64,000 nucleotides of DNA from an uncultured Phocaeicola sp. (lineage in GTDB: Bacteria; Bacteroidota; Bacteroidia; Bacteroidales; Bacteroidaceae). Both the position numbers and the translations under genes were made by a program. Under the pieces are notes generated by a model. That model did not search any database. It saw only the letters and a program-made list of their open reading frames with translations, and had not been told where the DNA came from. This document shows, piece after piece, positions 18,423 to 26,917 of the stretch (the stretch's first letter is position 1; every line of letters starts with the position of its first letter). The DNA lies in the NCBI GenBank assembly GCA_944320855.1, contig CALUJF010000006.1, positions 17,399 to 81,398 of the forward strand. Reading direction: 5' to 3'.

Positions 18423-19481
18423 ATGAGATTATTAATATTAATAATATCAGTATTTTTACTTCTCCCTTCCTGCAGGAAGGGAGAAGTTCCCTCTTCTCCA
18501 CCTTCTAACTCTACAGAAGATAATAATACTTCCGGAGGTGATATAGATGACGAACGCGCAAAAGAAATAACTTTTACAGCCGGATTAAGTGCGTCTATAG
18601 AGCAATATAATGGAAGTAGGGCACCAATCGAGGGTAATACTCTTCCTGTAGGTGGAAAAGTAGGAATATGGGGCGTATATGCAGATAAAGAAATCTGGAG
18701 CATATATCCTGATGCGTATAGGATATCTATTTCTGGGAGTCAAGCAACAATGACAAATGCTGAATATGAGATAAGAGAGAATAATAAGCTTTATCAGAAA
18801 TATTTAGCTCAGTATCCAACAAAGGATTCCGGGTTTAATGGGTTGGTAGTTTATGGGTATTATCCTTACACAGAAAATTATAGTTATGATTTGAATGATA
18901 AATGTTTTATAAAGACCACTTTGGATAATCTGAACATGGCTAATACCACAGATTATTTATATGTGGTTAGAAAATTTTATGAAACGCCATCTGATGATAA
19001 TACTGTTGCTACATTGGAATTTAAACATGCGCTGAGCAGGATTCATTTTAATTTCAATAAAACTACAACAGATGTTGTTTTAAATAAAATATCAGTTGTT
19101 GCGAAATCTTCTCTTGATGGTTATCTGTACGTCGAGGATGCAAAATGTGTTGCCGCAAATTATAACCAAGTAAGTGCTCTAAACATGGATTGTAATAATA
19201 TTAATCTGAACACGGACGAGAAGGTCGAATATGATTATTTATTGTATCCGGATACTCAGATTATCAGTATAACATGTTATTTCAATGGAGAGGTTGAGGG
19301 CAAACTTTTACCTGGAGTAAGTGGATTGACTTTGGAGGCAGGAAAGTTTGTAAATATAAATATTAATTATTCTCCTAAAGAGGCTATTGTGGATGGAAAT
19401 TTATCTGTTTGGGAAGATTCAAATACTAATATGGATTTTGAAATAGATGAAGAAACAGGTGACGTAACTCTAAACCAATAA
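18423..19481 (+). CDS. fimbrillin-family (type V pilin-like) lipoprotein
   Basis: Lipobox LLPSC/RKG, GSR66/AP after the first strand, FKHALSRIHFNFNK, and the C-terminal GNLSVWEDSNTNMDFE. Confidence 0.65.
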   Translation: MRLLILIISVFLLLPSCRKGEVPSSPPSNSTEDNNTSGGDIDDERAKEITFTAGLSASIEQYNGSRAPIEGNTLPVGGKVGIWGVYADKEIWSIYPDAYRISISGSQATMTNAEYEIRENNKLYQKYLAQYPTKDSGFNGLVVYGYYPYTENYSYDLNDKCFIKTTLDNLNMANTTDYLYVVRKFYETPSDDNTVATLEFKHALSRIHFNFNKTTTDVVLNKISVVAKSSLDGYLYVEDAKCVAANYNQVSALNMDCNNINLNTDEKVEYDYLLYPDTQIISITCYFNGEVEGKLLPGVSGLTLEAGKFVNININYSPKEAIVDGNLSVWEDSNTNMDFEIDEETGDVTLNQ

Positions 19482-19483
19482 TT

Positions 19484-20044
19484 ATGAAACATATAAAAAT
19501 TATACTTCCAATATTATTGCTGTTTTGCAGTTATACACTTGTTTCTGCCCAACAGATAGCCATAAAGACTAACGGACTTATGCTTCTTGCCCTTACTCCA
19601 AATTTGGAATGCGAACTTGTTACGGGAGAACATTCGAGCTTTAACGTAGGAGCATTCGGACACAAGAAACCATATGGTATAGACTCGAAGGTCGTTGGCC
19701 TGCAAGCCGAATACAGGTATTGGTTTAACGGCAGGCCTATGACCAGAGAGTATATAGGAGTGGCGGCTTTAGGCTCTACTTATGATATGCAAATGAGAAA
19801 TCATGTGTACGATGGTGACGCTATAGGGCTTGGACTTACTGCAGGGTACTCGATATCTTTAGGCAGAAAGTTTAATCTGGAATTCTATGGCGGATTCGGG
19901 GTGTTGGCGTTTGCACAGAAATTTTATTATAAATATGATAACTATGAGGATTATTTCCCGGATGGAAATATCTCAACTAATTCTAAGGGATTCAAACTCT
20001 TTCCTACTAAACTTGGAATATCTATTTCGTATATCATTAATTAA
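19484..20044 (+). CDS. DUF3575-like outer-membrane beta-barrel protein
   Basis: 186-aa ORF with signal peptide LVSAQ/QIA. It contains IAIKTNGLMLLALTPNLECEL..AEYRYWFNGRPMTREYIGV, the pattern I associate with DUF3575. Confidence 0.65.
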   Translation: MKHIKIILPILLLFCSYTLVSAQQIAIKTNGLMLLALTPNLECELVTGEHSSFNVGAFGHKKPYGIDSKVVGLQAEYRYWFNGRPMTREYIGVAALGSTYDMQMRNHVYDGDAIGLGLTAGYSISLGRKFNLEFYGGFGVLAFAQKFYYKYDNYEDYFPDGNISTNSKGFKLFPTKLGISISYIIN

Positions 20045-20053
20045 TGGCAATGT

Positions 20054-22345
20054 ATGAAAACTGAATTTAAGCAGATAAAAATACTTATATTGTTTCTGGC
20101 TCTTTATGCAGGATATGTACCGGTGATGGCACAACAGATAAAGTTGGTGTCAGGACGTGTGCTGGATAAAGAATCCAAATTGCCTTTCAAGGACGAGGCA
20201 GTATATATTTATGCTTTTAATACAGTGGCTGCGGCAGTTGAGGCCAAAAAGGTGATAGACAGTTCCAGTGGTGCGGTGTTCAGCGACGGACAGGAGATAG
20301 CGGACGAAGGTGGTTATTACGAAATAAGGGTGGCTGATACGGGTGCTCTGATTTTCAAGGTGGGACTTGGTGAGGCTGTTCTTAAAGAGGTGAACTACCA
20401 GATGGAAATCAATGCTTTCATCGATGCGGGTATCGTGCTCGAAACGGTGGAAGTGACAGGTACGCTGCAGGATATCGCACCGAAAGAGGCTGCCCCTACG
20501 CTGATAGGAAACAAGCTCATAATGAGAAACTCTTTCCCTATTCCGGCACAGTTCGGAAAAACGAATGCGCGCCTGATAATTCAGCCGTATGTGATGGTTT
20601 GCGATAATCAGGATACGGTAGAGTTTACGAGACCAATGGTGTACGACGGGGAACAGTACAGGATGACTCAGGAAAGAAGAATGCTTTATAACCTGAAGAA
20701 TGACCCGCTCGTGGAGTTTGCTGCTAAAGTGCCATTGACAGAAACTGCCATGAGGATAGAGTGGGAAGACACTGTAATGGTGCCTGATCCAACCAAGAAT
20801 TATTATGGTAATGCCATTATACAGCTGGAGGATTATAATATGGTGTACTATAATAAACTGACGAAGATTATCAGCTGTGAAGCAAGAAGACCTCTTAAAT
20901 TCCTTGAATATTCGCTCGACAGATATTCTCTTGATTTCAATGACTATAAAAGAAGGGCGAAGAGGGAACTCAGGAATACGGCGGCAAATGTATCGCTGAC
21001 TTTCCTTGTAAACAAGGCGGAAATTGATAATAAGGACCCTAACAATGAGGTGCAGCTTAATGAGCTGAAGAACAATCTGATGAATATCATAAATTGTGAG
21101 GATTGTACGCTTAAGGAGATACATGTGACGGGTGTGTCTTCGCCTGAGGGTAACTATCAGTCGAACTTGGCTTTGGCAAAGCGAAGGGCGATATTTGCGA
21201 AAAACCAGCTGAACAGGATGTTGCCTGCAGGTTCTTTGTCGAGAACGTTTTTGCCTGCTCCGGATGCGAGGGTGGCGGAATGGAGTGAGCTGATTCCTGT
21301 TCTTGAGGCTGATTCATGTTTTAAGGAAGCTGAGGAGATAAAGAAGATTATAGAGGAAAACCCGGACAGCCAGCAGAAACAGTATTTGGCTATCAGGAAA
21401 CTGCCGTATTACAACACGGTGGTGAAGGAGCATCTCGGAAGTCTGAGGTATATGAGGTTTGAATATAAACATGAGATTTACAGGGAGTTGACACCCGAAG
21501 AAATCTTACAGAGATATGAGACGGATGAGGACTATAGAACCGGAAAGAAGGATTTTGCCCTGTATGAATACTGGCATTTGTTCCAGATGGTGAAGGATTC
21601 TGTTCAGCTGGAAAATCTCTATAGAAGGGCTTACAAGGCTTCGATGGAATCGGAAGGTCAGCCGTGGATTTTGCCTGCCAACTTGTTGGCTGTGTCGTAC
21701 CTTTCAAGGGATACTGTCGATACTTCTATTCTGGAGCCGTTTATCGACCGAAGAACAAGAGGGGCTAATGTGGTAAGGACGCGTATGGACGGTGTGACAA
21801 AGGAGATTATAAACCCTGAAGCTGTGGTGGCTAATCAGCTGAGCATGTACGTGAAGGCAAATAACTTTGAACAGGCGAGTGTCATGGCACAGATTTTGCC
21901 GGATACGGAGAAGAATGCTCTTCTGAAGGCTTACGCCATGTGTCTGGGTGGATACTACAGGGGAGGAAATACGGCAAAAGAGAGGGAGGAGGCTAAGAAG
22001 ACTTTCGAACTTGTGAAGAATTCTTCGTCGATGAACGAGGTGGTTATGCATCTGGCCATGGATACGAAAAGGGATGATGCGATGGCTAAGATAGCGGTAA
22101 AGAAGCTTCCGACGGATAATCCGAGAGCGTGGTATATGAAAGCTATAATCTATAACAGGGAAGGGGATACCGGATTGGAAAATGCCGTGAACTGTCTGAT
22201 AAAGTGCTTTACGCTCGATCCTAAGTATATCCCTATTGCCGAAACTGACGGTGATATAGGTAAGGACTTGTTTGAATATACAATGGAGATGTACGATATC
22301 AATAAGGATATGATTGATATATTGATTCAACAATATAAACTCTGA
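20054..22345 (+). CDS. large exported protein, DUF3868-like N-terminus with an OmpA-like peptidoglycan-binding segment and a helical C-terminal region
   Basis: 763-aa ORF with signal peptide VPVMAQ/QIK. It has a carboxypeptidase-regulatory-like start (VSGRVLDKESKLPF) and an OmpA-like block HVTGVSSPEGNYQSNLALAKRRA. It follows a DUF3575 gene, an arrangement I recall from Bacteroidales loci. Confidence 0.5.
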   Translation: MKTEFKQIKILILFLALYAGYVPVMAQQIKLVSGRVLDKESKLPFKDEAVYIYAFNTVAAAVEAKKVIDSSSGAVFSDGQEIADEGGYYEIRVADTGALIFKVGLGEAVLKEVNYQMEINAFIDAGIVLETVEVTGTLQDIAPKEAAPTLIGNKLIMRNSFPIPAQFGKTNARLIIQPYVMVCDNQDTVEFTRPMVYDGEQYRMTQERRMLYNLKNDPLVEFAAKVPLTETAMRIEWEDTVMVPDPTKNYYGNAIIQLEDYNMVYYNKLTKIISCEARRPLKFLEYSLDRYSLDFNDYKRRAKRELRNTAANVSLTFLVNKAEIDNKDPNNEVQLNELKNNLMNIINCEDCTLKEIHVTGVSSPEGNYQSNLALAKRRAIFAKNQLNRMLPAGSLSRTFLPAPDARVAEWSELIPVLEADSCFKEAEEIKKIIEENPDSQQKQYLAIRKLPYYNTVVKEHLGSLRYMRFEYKHEIYRELTPEEILQRYETDEDYRTGKKDFALYEYWHLFQMVKDSVQLENLYRRAYKASMESEGQPWILPANLLAVSYLSRDTVDTSILEPFIDRRTRGANVVRTRMDGVTKEIINPEAVVANQLSMYVKANNFEQASVMAQILPDTEKNALLKAYAMCLGGYYRGGNTAKEREEAKKTFELVKNSSSMNEVVMHLAMDTKRDDAMAKIAVKKLPTDNPRAWYMKAIIYNREGDTGLENAVNCLIKCFTLDPKYIPIAETDGDIGKDLFEYTMEMYDINKDMIDILIQQYKL

Positions 22346-22351
22346 TTTGGG

Positions 22352-23659
22352 ATGATGAACTTGAAATATATATATGTATTAATCGTTTTGGCATGTGTAT
22401 CGTGTCTTGATGTAATGGCTCAGAAAGACAGCACTGCGGTTAATGATACGGTTCAGGATAAGAAGTTCTTCAACGCTCTTGACTATTCTATGCAGAAGAG
22501 ATTCAGGAACAAGAATGTGGGCTTCACGAACGAAAGGTGGGTGGATAATTCTTTTATCGACATGAAATTCGGTGTGGAAGGACTGGAGCATAGAGAAGGG
22601 GCGGAGATAGGTCTGTTTAAGACTCTGTCGGTGGGCTACGGCAAGTATTTCTCGCCTGTACACGGACTGAGAATCAGTGCTAACGGTGGATGGGCCTTGC
22701 ATGAAAGAACGAGCGATGCATATATGAGGATGGGTGGACAGATTAATTACCTGTTCAACATGTCGGCATATCTTTACGGATTCAGGCCGGACAGGCTTTT
22801 GGAGGTTTCCACTATTCTCGGTTTGGGATATACATATTCCAAGATGATGAAGTATGAGGCTTATCATGTAGGTGACATCCATGTCGGATTGCAGCTGAAA
22901 CTGAATGTCGCTCCGCAGATGGACCTTGTGGTAGAACCGCTTCTTACTCTGTATTCTGACGGTATAGACAATTATACGAAAACCAACTGGCACAAATATG
23001 ATGTGGGGTATGGGGCTATGATGGGTTTCTCCTACAGGCTGTCGCATAGCAGCAGGTCAAGGGATTACAATAAGGAAGAGAAGAATGCTTTTGTAAGTAT
23101 CGCCGCAGGTGGACAATATCAGTTCTCGAATGCCACTAAGGAGATAGGGATACTGAAAACTATGGGACCGGACGTGCAGCTTTCTGCTGGTAAATGGTTT
23201 TTGCCGTATCTCGGTATGAGGGTTTCTGCTTTCTGGGGCAAAAATACATGGAACAGACATTTTGTTTATGATGAAAAGGGTGAGAATATAATCGGTGAAA
23301 CTAAACTTAAGGAAATGTATATGGGAGCCAGGCTGGAAGCTATGGTCAATCTGTTGGAGTTTGCCGAACTTGACATTAACAGGTTCTTGGCAGTTTCGGT
23401 TTTGGGCGGTCTGGAAGTTGGCGGAATGAAGAAAAATGACTTGTCGCAAAGTATCAGATTTGCTTATTATGCTTTCACCGGCGGTATTCAGGCGAAATAC
23501 AAATTTAATGACAGATGGGGTGTGTTTTTTGAACCAAGACTCTCGCTCGTTCCTTATACTTATGTACCAAAGGATGGTAATGGAATCCCTCTTATGGATA
23601 GAGAGCATTATTCCGACAATGTGTATAGCCTGAACTTAGGTGTGGAATACTGCTTCTGA
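22352..23659 (+). CDS. outer-membrane beta-barrel protein (porin-like), last gene of the pilus-like operon
   Basis: 435-aa ORF with signal peptide LDVMAQ/KDS, an alternating strand pattern, and the C-terminal LNLGVEYCF (terminal Phe). Confidence 0.55.
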   Translation: MMNLKYIYVLIVLACVSCLDVMAQKDSTAVNDTVQDKKFFNALDYSMQKRFRNKNVGFTNERWVDNSFIDMKFGVEGLEHREGAEIGLFKTLSVGYGKYFSPVHGLRISANGGWALHERTSDAYMRMGGQINYLFNMSAYLYGFRPDRLLEVSTILGLGYTYSKMMKYEAYHVGDIHVGLQLKLNVAPQMDLVVEPLLTLYSDGIDNYTKTNWHKYDVGYGAMMGFSYRLSHSSRSRDYNKEEKNAFVSIAAGGQYQFSNATKEIGILKTMGPDVQLSAGKWFLPYLGMRVSAFWGKNTWNRHFVYDEKGENIIGETKLKEMYMGARLEAMVNLLEFAELDINRFLAVSVLGGLEVGGMKKNDLSQSIRFAYYAFTGGIQAKYKFNDRWGVFFEPRLSLVPYTYVPKDGNGIPLMDREHYSDNVYSLNLGVEYCF

Positions 23660-23792
23660 TAAATGGTTCTGTGAAAGATGTGAAAGTGAATTTAACTTGT
23701 GTTTTTAGGCTTTTTTTAAGGATATTTACTGAATATCCCGATTTAGTCCAGTATTAGCTGTAGCGGTCAATTATGATTCGTGACAGTGGTAG

Positions 23793-23823
23793 AAAAATCC
23801 CCATGGCGGTTCAAACCATGGGG
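23793..23823 (-). terminator. rho-independent terminator of the 23848..24282 gene
   Basis: The 8-bp stem ccccatgg (23799-23806) pairs with ccatgggg (23816-23823) around a 9-nt loop. On the minus strand it is followed by a T-run (plus-strand aaaaa at 23793-23797), 25 nt after the stop. Confidence 0.6.
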
Positions 23824-23847
23824 ATAAGGTGTCAAATAACAAAAGTA

Positions 23848-24282
23848 TCAATATGAGATACTTAGTGAACCTAATTTCTCTGAAATGTCTTTCAAAGCTC
23901 TGTTGAGGGTGGCAAGTTCTTCATCTGTGAACTTTGCAGGCTTTCCGTTTACGATGTTACCGTTCATTCTTTGGTATAGCCACGAACGGCTTTTATTGAA
24001 ATAATGTTTGGCAAGATATGATAGCGAGATAACGTCCGAAACTTCCTGCATCTGGAGCCTTATTGTTCTTTCCTCAAGAGTATCTATTCTGTTGTCTATA
24101 TCCTGCATTCTTCCAGATATAAAATCCGCAATAGTCTTTTTATCATCATCCGAGTTATAACGTGAGGCTATGAATTTCACTTTATCATAAAACTCAGTTG
24201 AATCAGTTCCCAACATTGGTATTAGTGCTGATAATTCTTCGTGTAGTGTCATAATGCTATTATTTTTAAGTCCTCCTGTCAA
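23848..24282 (-). CDS. small HTH-like protein, DUF5053-like
   Basis: 144-aa ORF; an alternative start at the MTLHEEL Met is possible. The C-terminal LSYLAKHYFNKSRSWLYQRMNGNIVNGKPAKFTDEELATLNRALKDISEKL matches my recollection of DUF5053 proteins found in Bacteroides mobile or phage-like regions. Confidence 0.45.
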   Translation of the reverse strand: MTGGLKNNSIMTLHEELSALIPMLGTDSTEFYDKVKFIASRYNSDDDKKTIADFISGRMQDIDNRIDTLEERTIRLQMQEVSDVISLSYLAKHYFNKSRSWLYQRMNGNIVNGKPAKFTDEELATLNRALKDISEKLGSLSISY

Positions 24283-24293
24283 AGAGGGTTGTT

Positions 24294-24476
24294 TTACTTC
24301 TTTTTTTCTAATTCTGCTAAGATTTTGTCTATCGCGTTAAGTCTGTCCAATCTTTTGTTTATTTCCTCTTCATTGTAAGCTCCGGTTATTTCTGCCAGAA
24401 ATCTTAGCTGGTCTAATTCTTTTTTAAGAAAACTCCTTTGGATAAACAAATCTTTTTTAATCTGTTCTAAACTCAT
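24294..24476 (-). CDS. 60-aa coiled-coil-type small protein of unknown function
   Basis: ATG ORF located 11 bp upstream of the DUF5053-like gene on the same strand. It has a heptad-like charged sequence (LKKELDQLRFLAEI..LDRLNAIDKILAELEKKK). Confidence 0.35.
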   Translation of the reverse strand: MSLEQIKKDLFIQRSFLKKELDQLRFLAEITGAYNEEEINKRLDRLNAIDKILAELEKKK

Positions 24477-24692
24477 AGTTTACATCTCTTATTATTCGAC
24501 AAAACAAATATAATAATCATTTGATTATAGTGCAAGTTTTTGTTACTTCTTTTGTTTATAAATTTACTTTTAATATTTAGTGACTAAAAATTACCTTTAA
24601 ATAGAAGTATAGACTAATATTTCGACTAATGAATTTTATCACCTGTTGTAACGTTTGGGAATATCGTATCTTTATAAATGCTTGACATATAC

Positions 24693-24732
24693 AAAAAAGA
24701 TACTCCTAACAATCTCTATTGCCAGGAGTATC
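24693..24732 (-). terminator. candidate rho-independent terminator downstream of the LytTR regulator gene
   Basis: The 9-bp stem gatactcct (24699-24707) pairs with aggagtatc (24724-24732). On the minus strand it is followed by TTTTTT (plus-strand aaaaaa at 24693-24698). Confidence 0.5.
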
Positions 24733-24899
24733 ACAACACAAAAACTAAACTAGACTTAACTAAACTATTTTAAATGAGAAGTTTCACAACTTCTGTTCTT
24801 TATTCATTGCAAATATATGTTTTTTTATAACAAATACAAAAATATTGATAGATTTTTTACCGTGTTTTTGACAAAAAAGTTGAAACTGTAACTAAATAC

Positions 24900-25628
24900 T
24901 TAAATAATATGTTTATTAACATATTCCTGTAACATTATTTTGTAAGTTTCGGATATCGGGATGTATTCTTTGCCGAAAACGATACGTCCTTTATCTATTA
25001 TTTTTATTTTTTGTTTCTGGACGATAAACGAGCGGTGAACTCTTATAAAACGCTCTGCCGGCAGCTTTTCCTCTAATGCTTTCATGCTTATGAGTGACAG
25101 GATAGGGCGTGCGCTGTCTTCGGTATATATCTTTACATAGTCTTTCAGACCTTCGATATATAGGATTTTGTCAAGTTCCACCTGTATGAGTTTGTAATCA
25201 CTTTTTACATAGATATACTCTGTCTTTTCAGGTTGAATATTGGGTTTTTCGCCTTCTGCTTTTAGTTTCATATTAAACCATTCCATTGCTTTGCCTACGG
25301 CTTCACTGAAGTCGGCATAGCTAATAGGTTTTAACAGATAGTCGAGCGCATTTGCACGGTATCCGTCGATGGCATATTGTTCAAAGGCGGTAGTGAATAC
25401 TATTCTTGTGTTTTCGGGAACCATTTTCGAGAACTCCAGTCCGTTAAGGTCGGGCATTTGTATGTCAAGAAATAGCAGGTCCACCGGATTATTGGGAAGT
25501 TCATTCATGGCCTGGATGGCACTGGAGTATGTGCCGCAGAGTTCCAGCGACGGGGTTTTCTTTACATATCCCGCTATCAGTCCGAGAGCCAATGGTTCAT
25601 CATCGATTATAGCGCACCTTATTGTCAT
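24900..25628 (-). CDS. LytR/AlgR-family response regulator (receiver + LytTR DNA-binding domain)
   Basis: Receiver motifs are IIDDEPLA and LLFLDIQMPDLNGLEF. The C-terminal LytTR-type block is FIRVHRSFIV. Confidence 0.9.
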   Translation of the reverse strand: MTIRCAIIDDEPLALGLIAGYVKKTPSLELCGTYSSAIQAMNELPNNPVDLLFLDIQMPDLNGLEFSKMVPENTRIVFTTAFEQYAIDGYRANALDYLLKPISYADFSEAVGKAMEWFNMKLKAEGEKPNIQPEKTEYIYVKSDYKLIQVELDKILYIEGLKDYVKIYTEDSARPILSLISMKALEEKLPAERFIRVHRSFIVQKQKIKIIDKGRIVFGKEYIPISETYKIMLQEYVNKHII

Positions 25629-25648
25629 AGTTATATTGTGTATGAGGT

Positions 25649-26698
25649 TTATATCTTAAGTATTATGGATGAGTTGTAAATGCTGTTGTTGTCGCCGAGC
25701 CAGCATTTCCATTCGTAACGGCCGGCATACAGCAGTTCGAGCCTTTTGCTTACCTGCTCCAGCCCTATTCCAGAACCGCTTTTGTCGGTCGTTGTCTTAG
25801 GATGGTTGCTGTTCTGAATGGTGCATATTATGCTTTCTTCGTTTTCTTTTATTATGATTCTGATAAAGCTTTCTCCCGTAGGTGAGATTCCGTGCTTGAA
25901 TGCATTTTCTATCAGCGATATGAAGATGAGCGGTGCTACTGGAGTCTGGCTGTTGTCCTTAATTCTGAAGTGGGTTTCTATGTTTACGTCTTCTGATACC
26001 CTTATTCTCATAAGTTCTATATAGTTCTTAATGAAGTCTATTTCTTTCTTCAGAGGGACGTACATGGACTGATTGTCGTAAAGCACATATCTGAGCAGTT
26101 TGCTTAGTTCCTGTATGGCTTCCTGTGCCTTGTCAGTGTCAATGGCTACGAGGGCATATATATTGTTCAGCGTGTTCAGCAGGAAATGTGGGTTCAGTTG
26201 GTTTCTAAGGTTTCTCAACTCCGCCTCTTTCATGCTTTTTACTGCTTCCCGTCTGGCTAATTCGGTTTCGTTCCATCTGATACTCAGACGTATTGCTACA
26301 CTTAGTCCTGCAGAGAAAATCAAACTGGCTATATCTCTGATGACGAAAACTATTTGTGAAGGTGGATTGCGTCTGAACATGTCCGGTGGTGGACCGGGAA
26401 CATGCATATCGTTCCACCATCTGATGGCCAAAGACAACAATATTATGATTAATGCATTAACAGCCAAGAACTTTCTTTTGTGTTCGTTGAACAGAAGTTT
26501 CGGGATAAGAAGGAGATAGTTGAGGTAGAAGATTGTAAAAAGTGTGGCAGGAACGATGGAGAATCGCAGGAATTCTTTCCAGTTGATACTTCCATTGTCA
26601 CTCTGTGCCATTATTATAGGGAAGCCGAAAAATAATATCCAGCAGAAGACGTGTATGGATATTTCCAGCAATCTGTTGTTGCGGTTGTTGTGCGTCAT
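25649..26698 (-). CDS. membrane sensor histidine kinase, LytS/YehU-type (His_kinase domain)
   Basis: There are several N-terminal TM helices. The H-box region is LRNQLNPHFLLNTLNNIYAL, and the ATPase block has NAFKHG and GSGIGL. It lies 20 bp upstream of the LytTR regulator. Confidence 0.85.
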   Translation of the reverse strand: MTHNNRNNRLLEISIHVFCWILFFGFPIIMAQSDNGSINWKEFLRFSIVPATLFTIFYLNYLLLIPKLLFNEHKRKFLAVNALIIILLSLAIRWWNDMHVPGPPPDMFRRNPPSQIVFVIRDIASLIFSAGLSVAIRLSIRWNETELARREAVKSMKEAELRNLRNQLNPHFLLNTLNNIYALVAIDTDKAQEAIQELSKLLRYVLYDNQSMYVPLKKEIDFIKNYIELMRIRVSEDVNIETHFRIKDNSQTPVAPLIFISLIENAFKHGISPTGESFIRIIIKENEESIICTIQNSNHPKTTTDKSGSGIGLEQVSKRLELLYAGRYEWKCWLGDNNSIYNSSIILKI

Positions 26699-26808
26699 GG
26701 AATTGATTTTTTTTGTATTTGTACAAAAATAATAGAATATTGTAAGTTATGCAAATTCAGATACTGCTCATATATGCATGTCTTACTGAACGGTTGTAGG
26801 GAATTTCA

Positions 26809-26853
26809 AAGCAGCGCTGCGATACTTCCGACGAAGTACCTGCAGCACTGCTG
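26809..26853 (-). terminator. candidate terminator hairpin after the ABC efflux operon
   Basis: A long imperfect hairpin pairs gcagcgctgc (26811-26820) with gcagcactgctg (26842-26853), with an inner tacttc/gaagta pairing. On the minus strand only a short TTT follows. Confidence 0.4.
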
Positions 26854-26917
26854 AAAAGGAAACCAAAGTTATGAAGAACAAAGAAGTTCCGTATTTATAG
26901 AATGAAGTTGTATTCCG

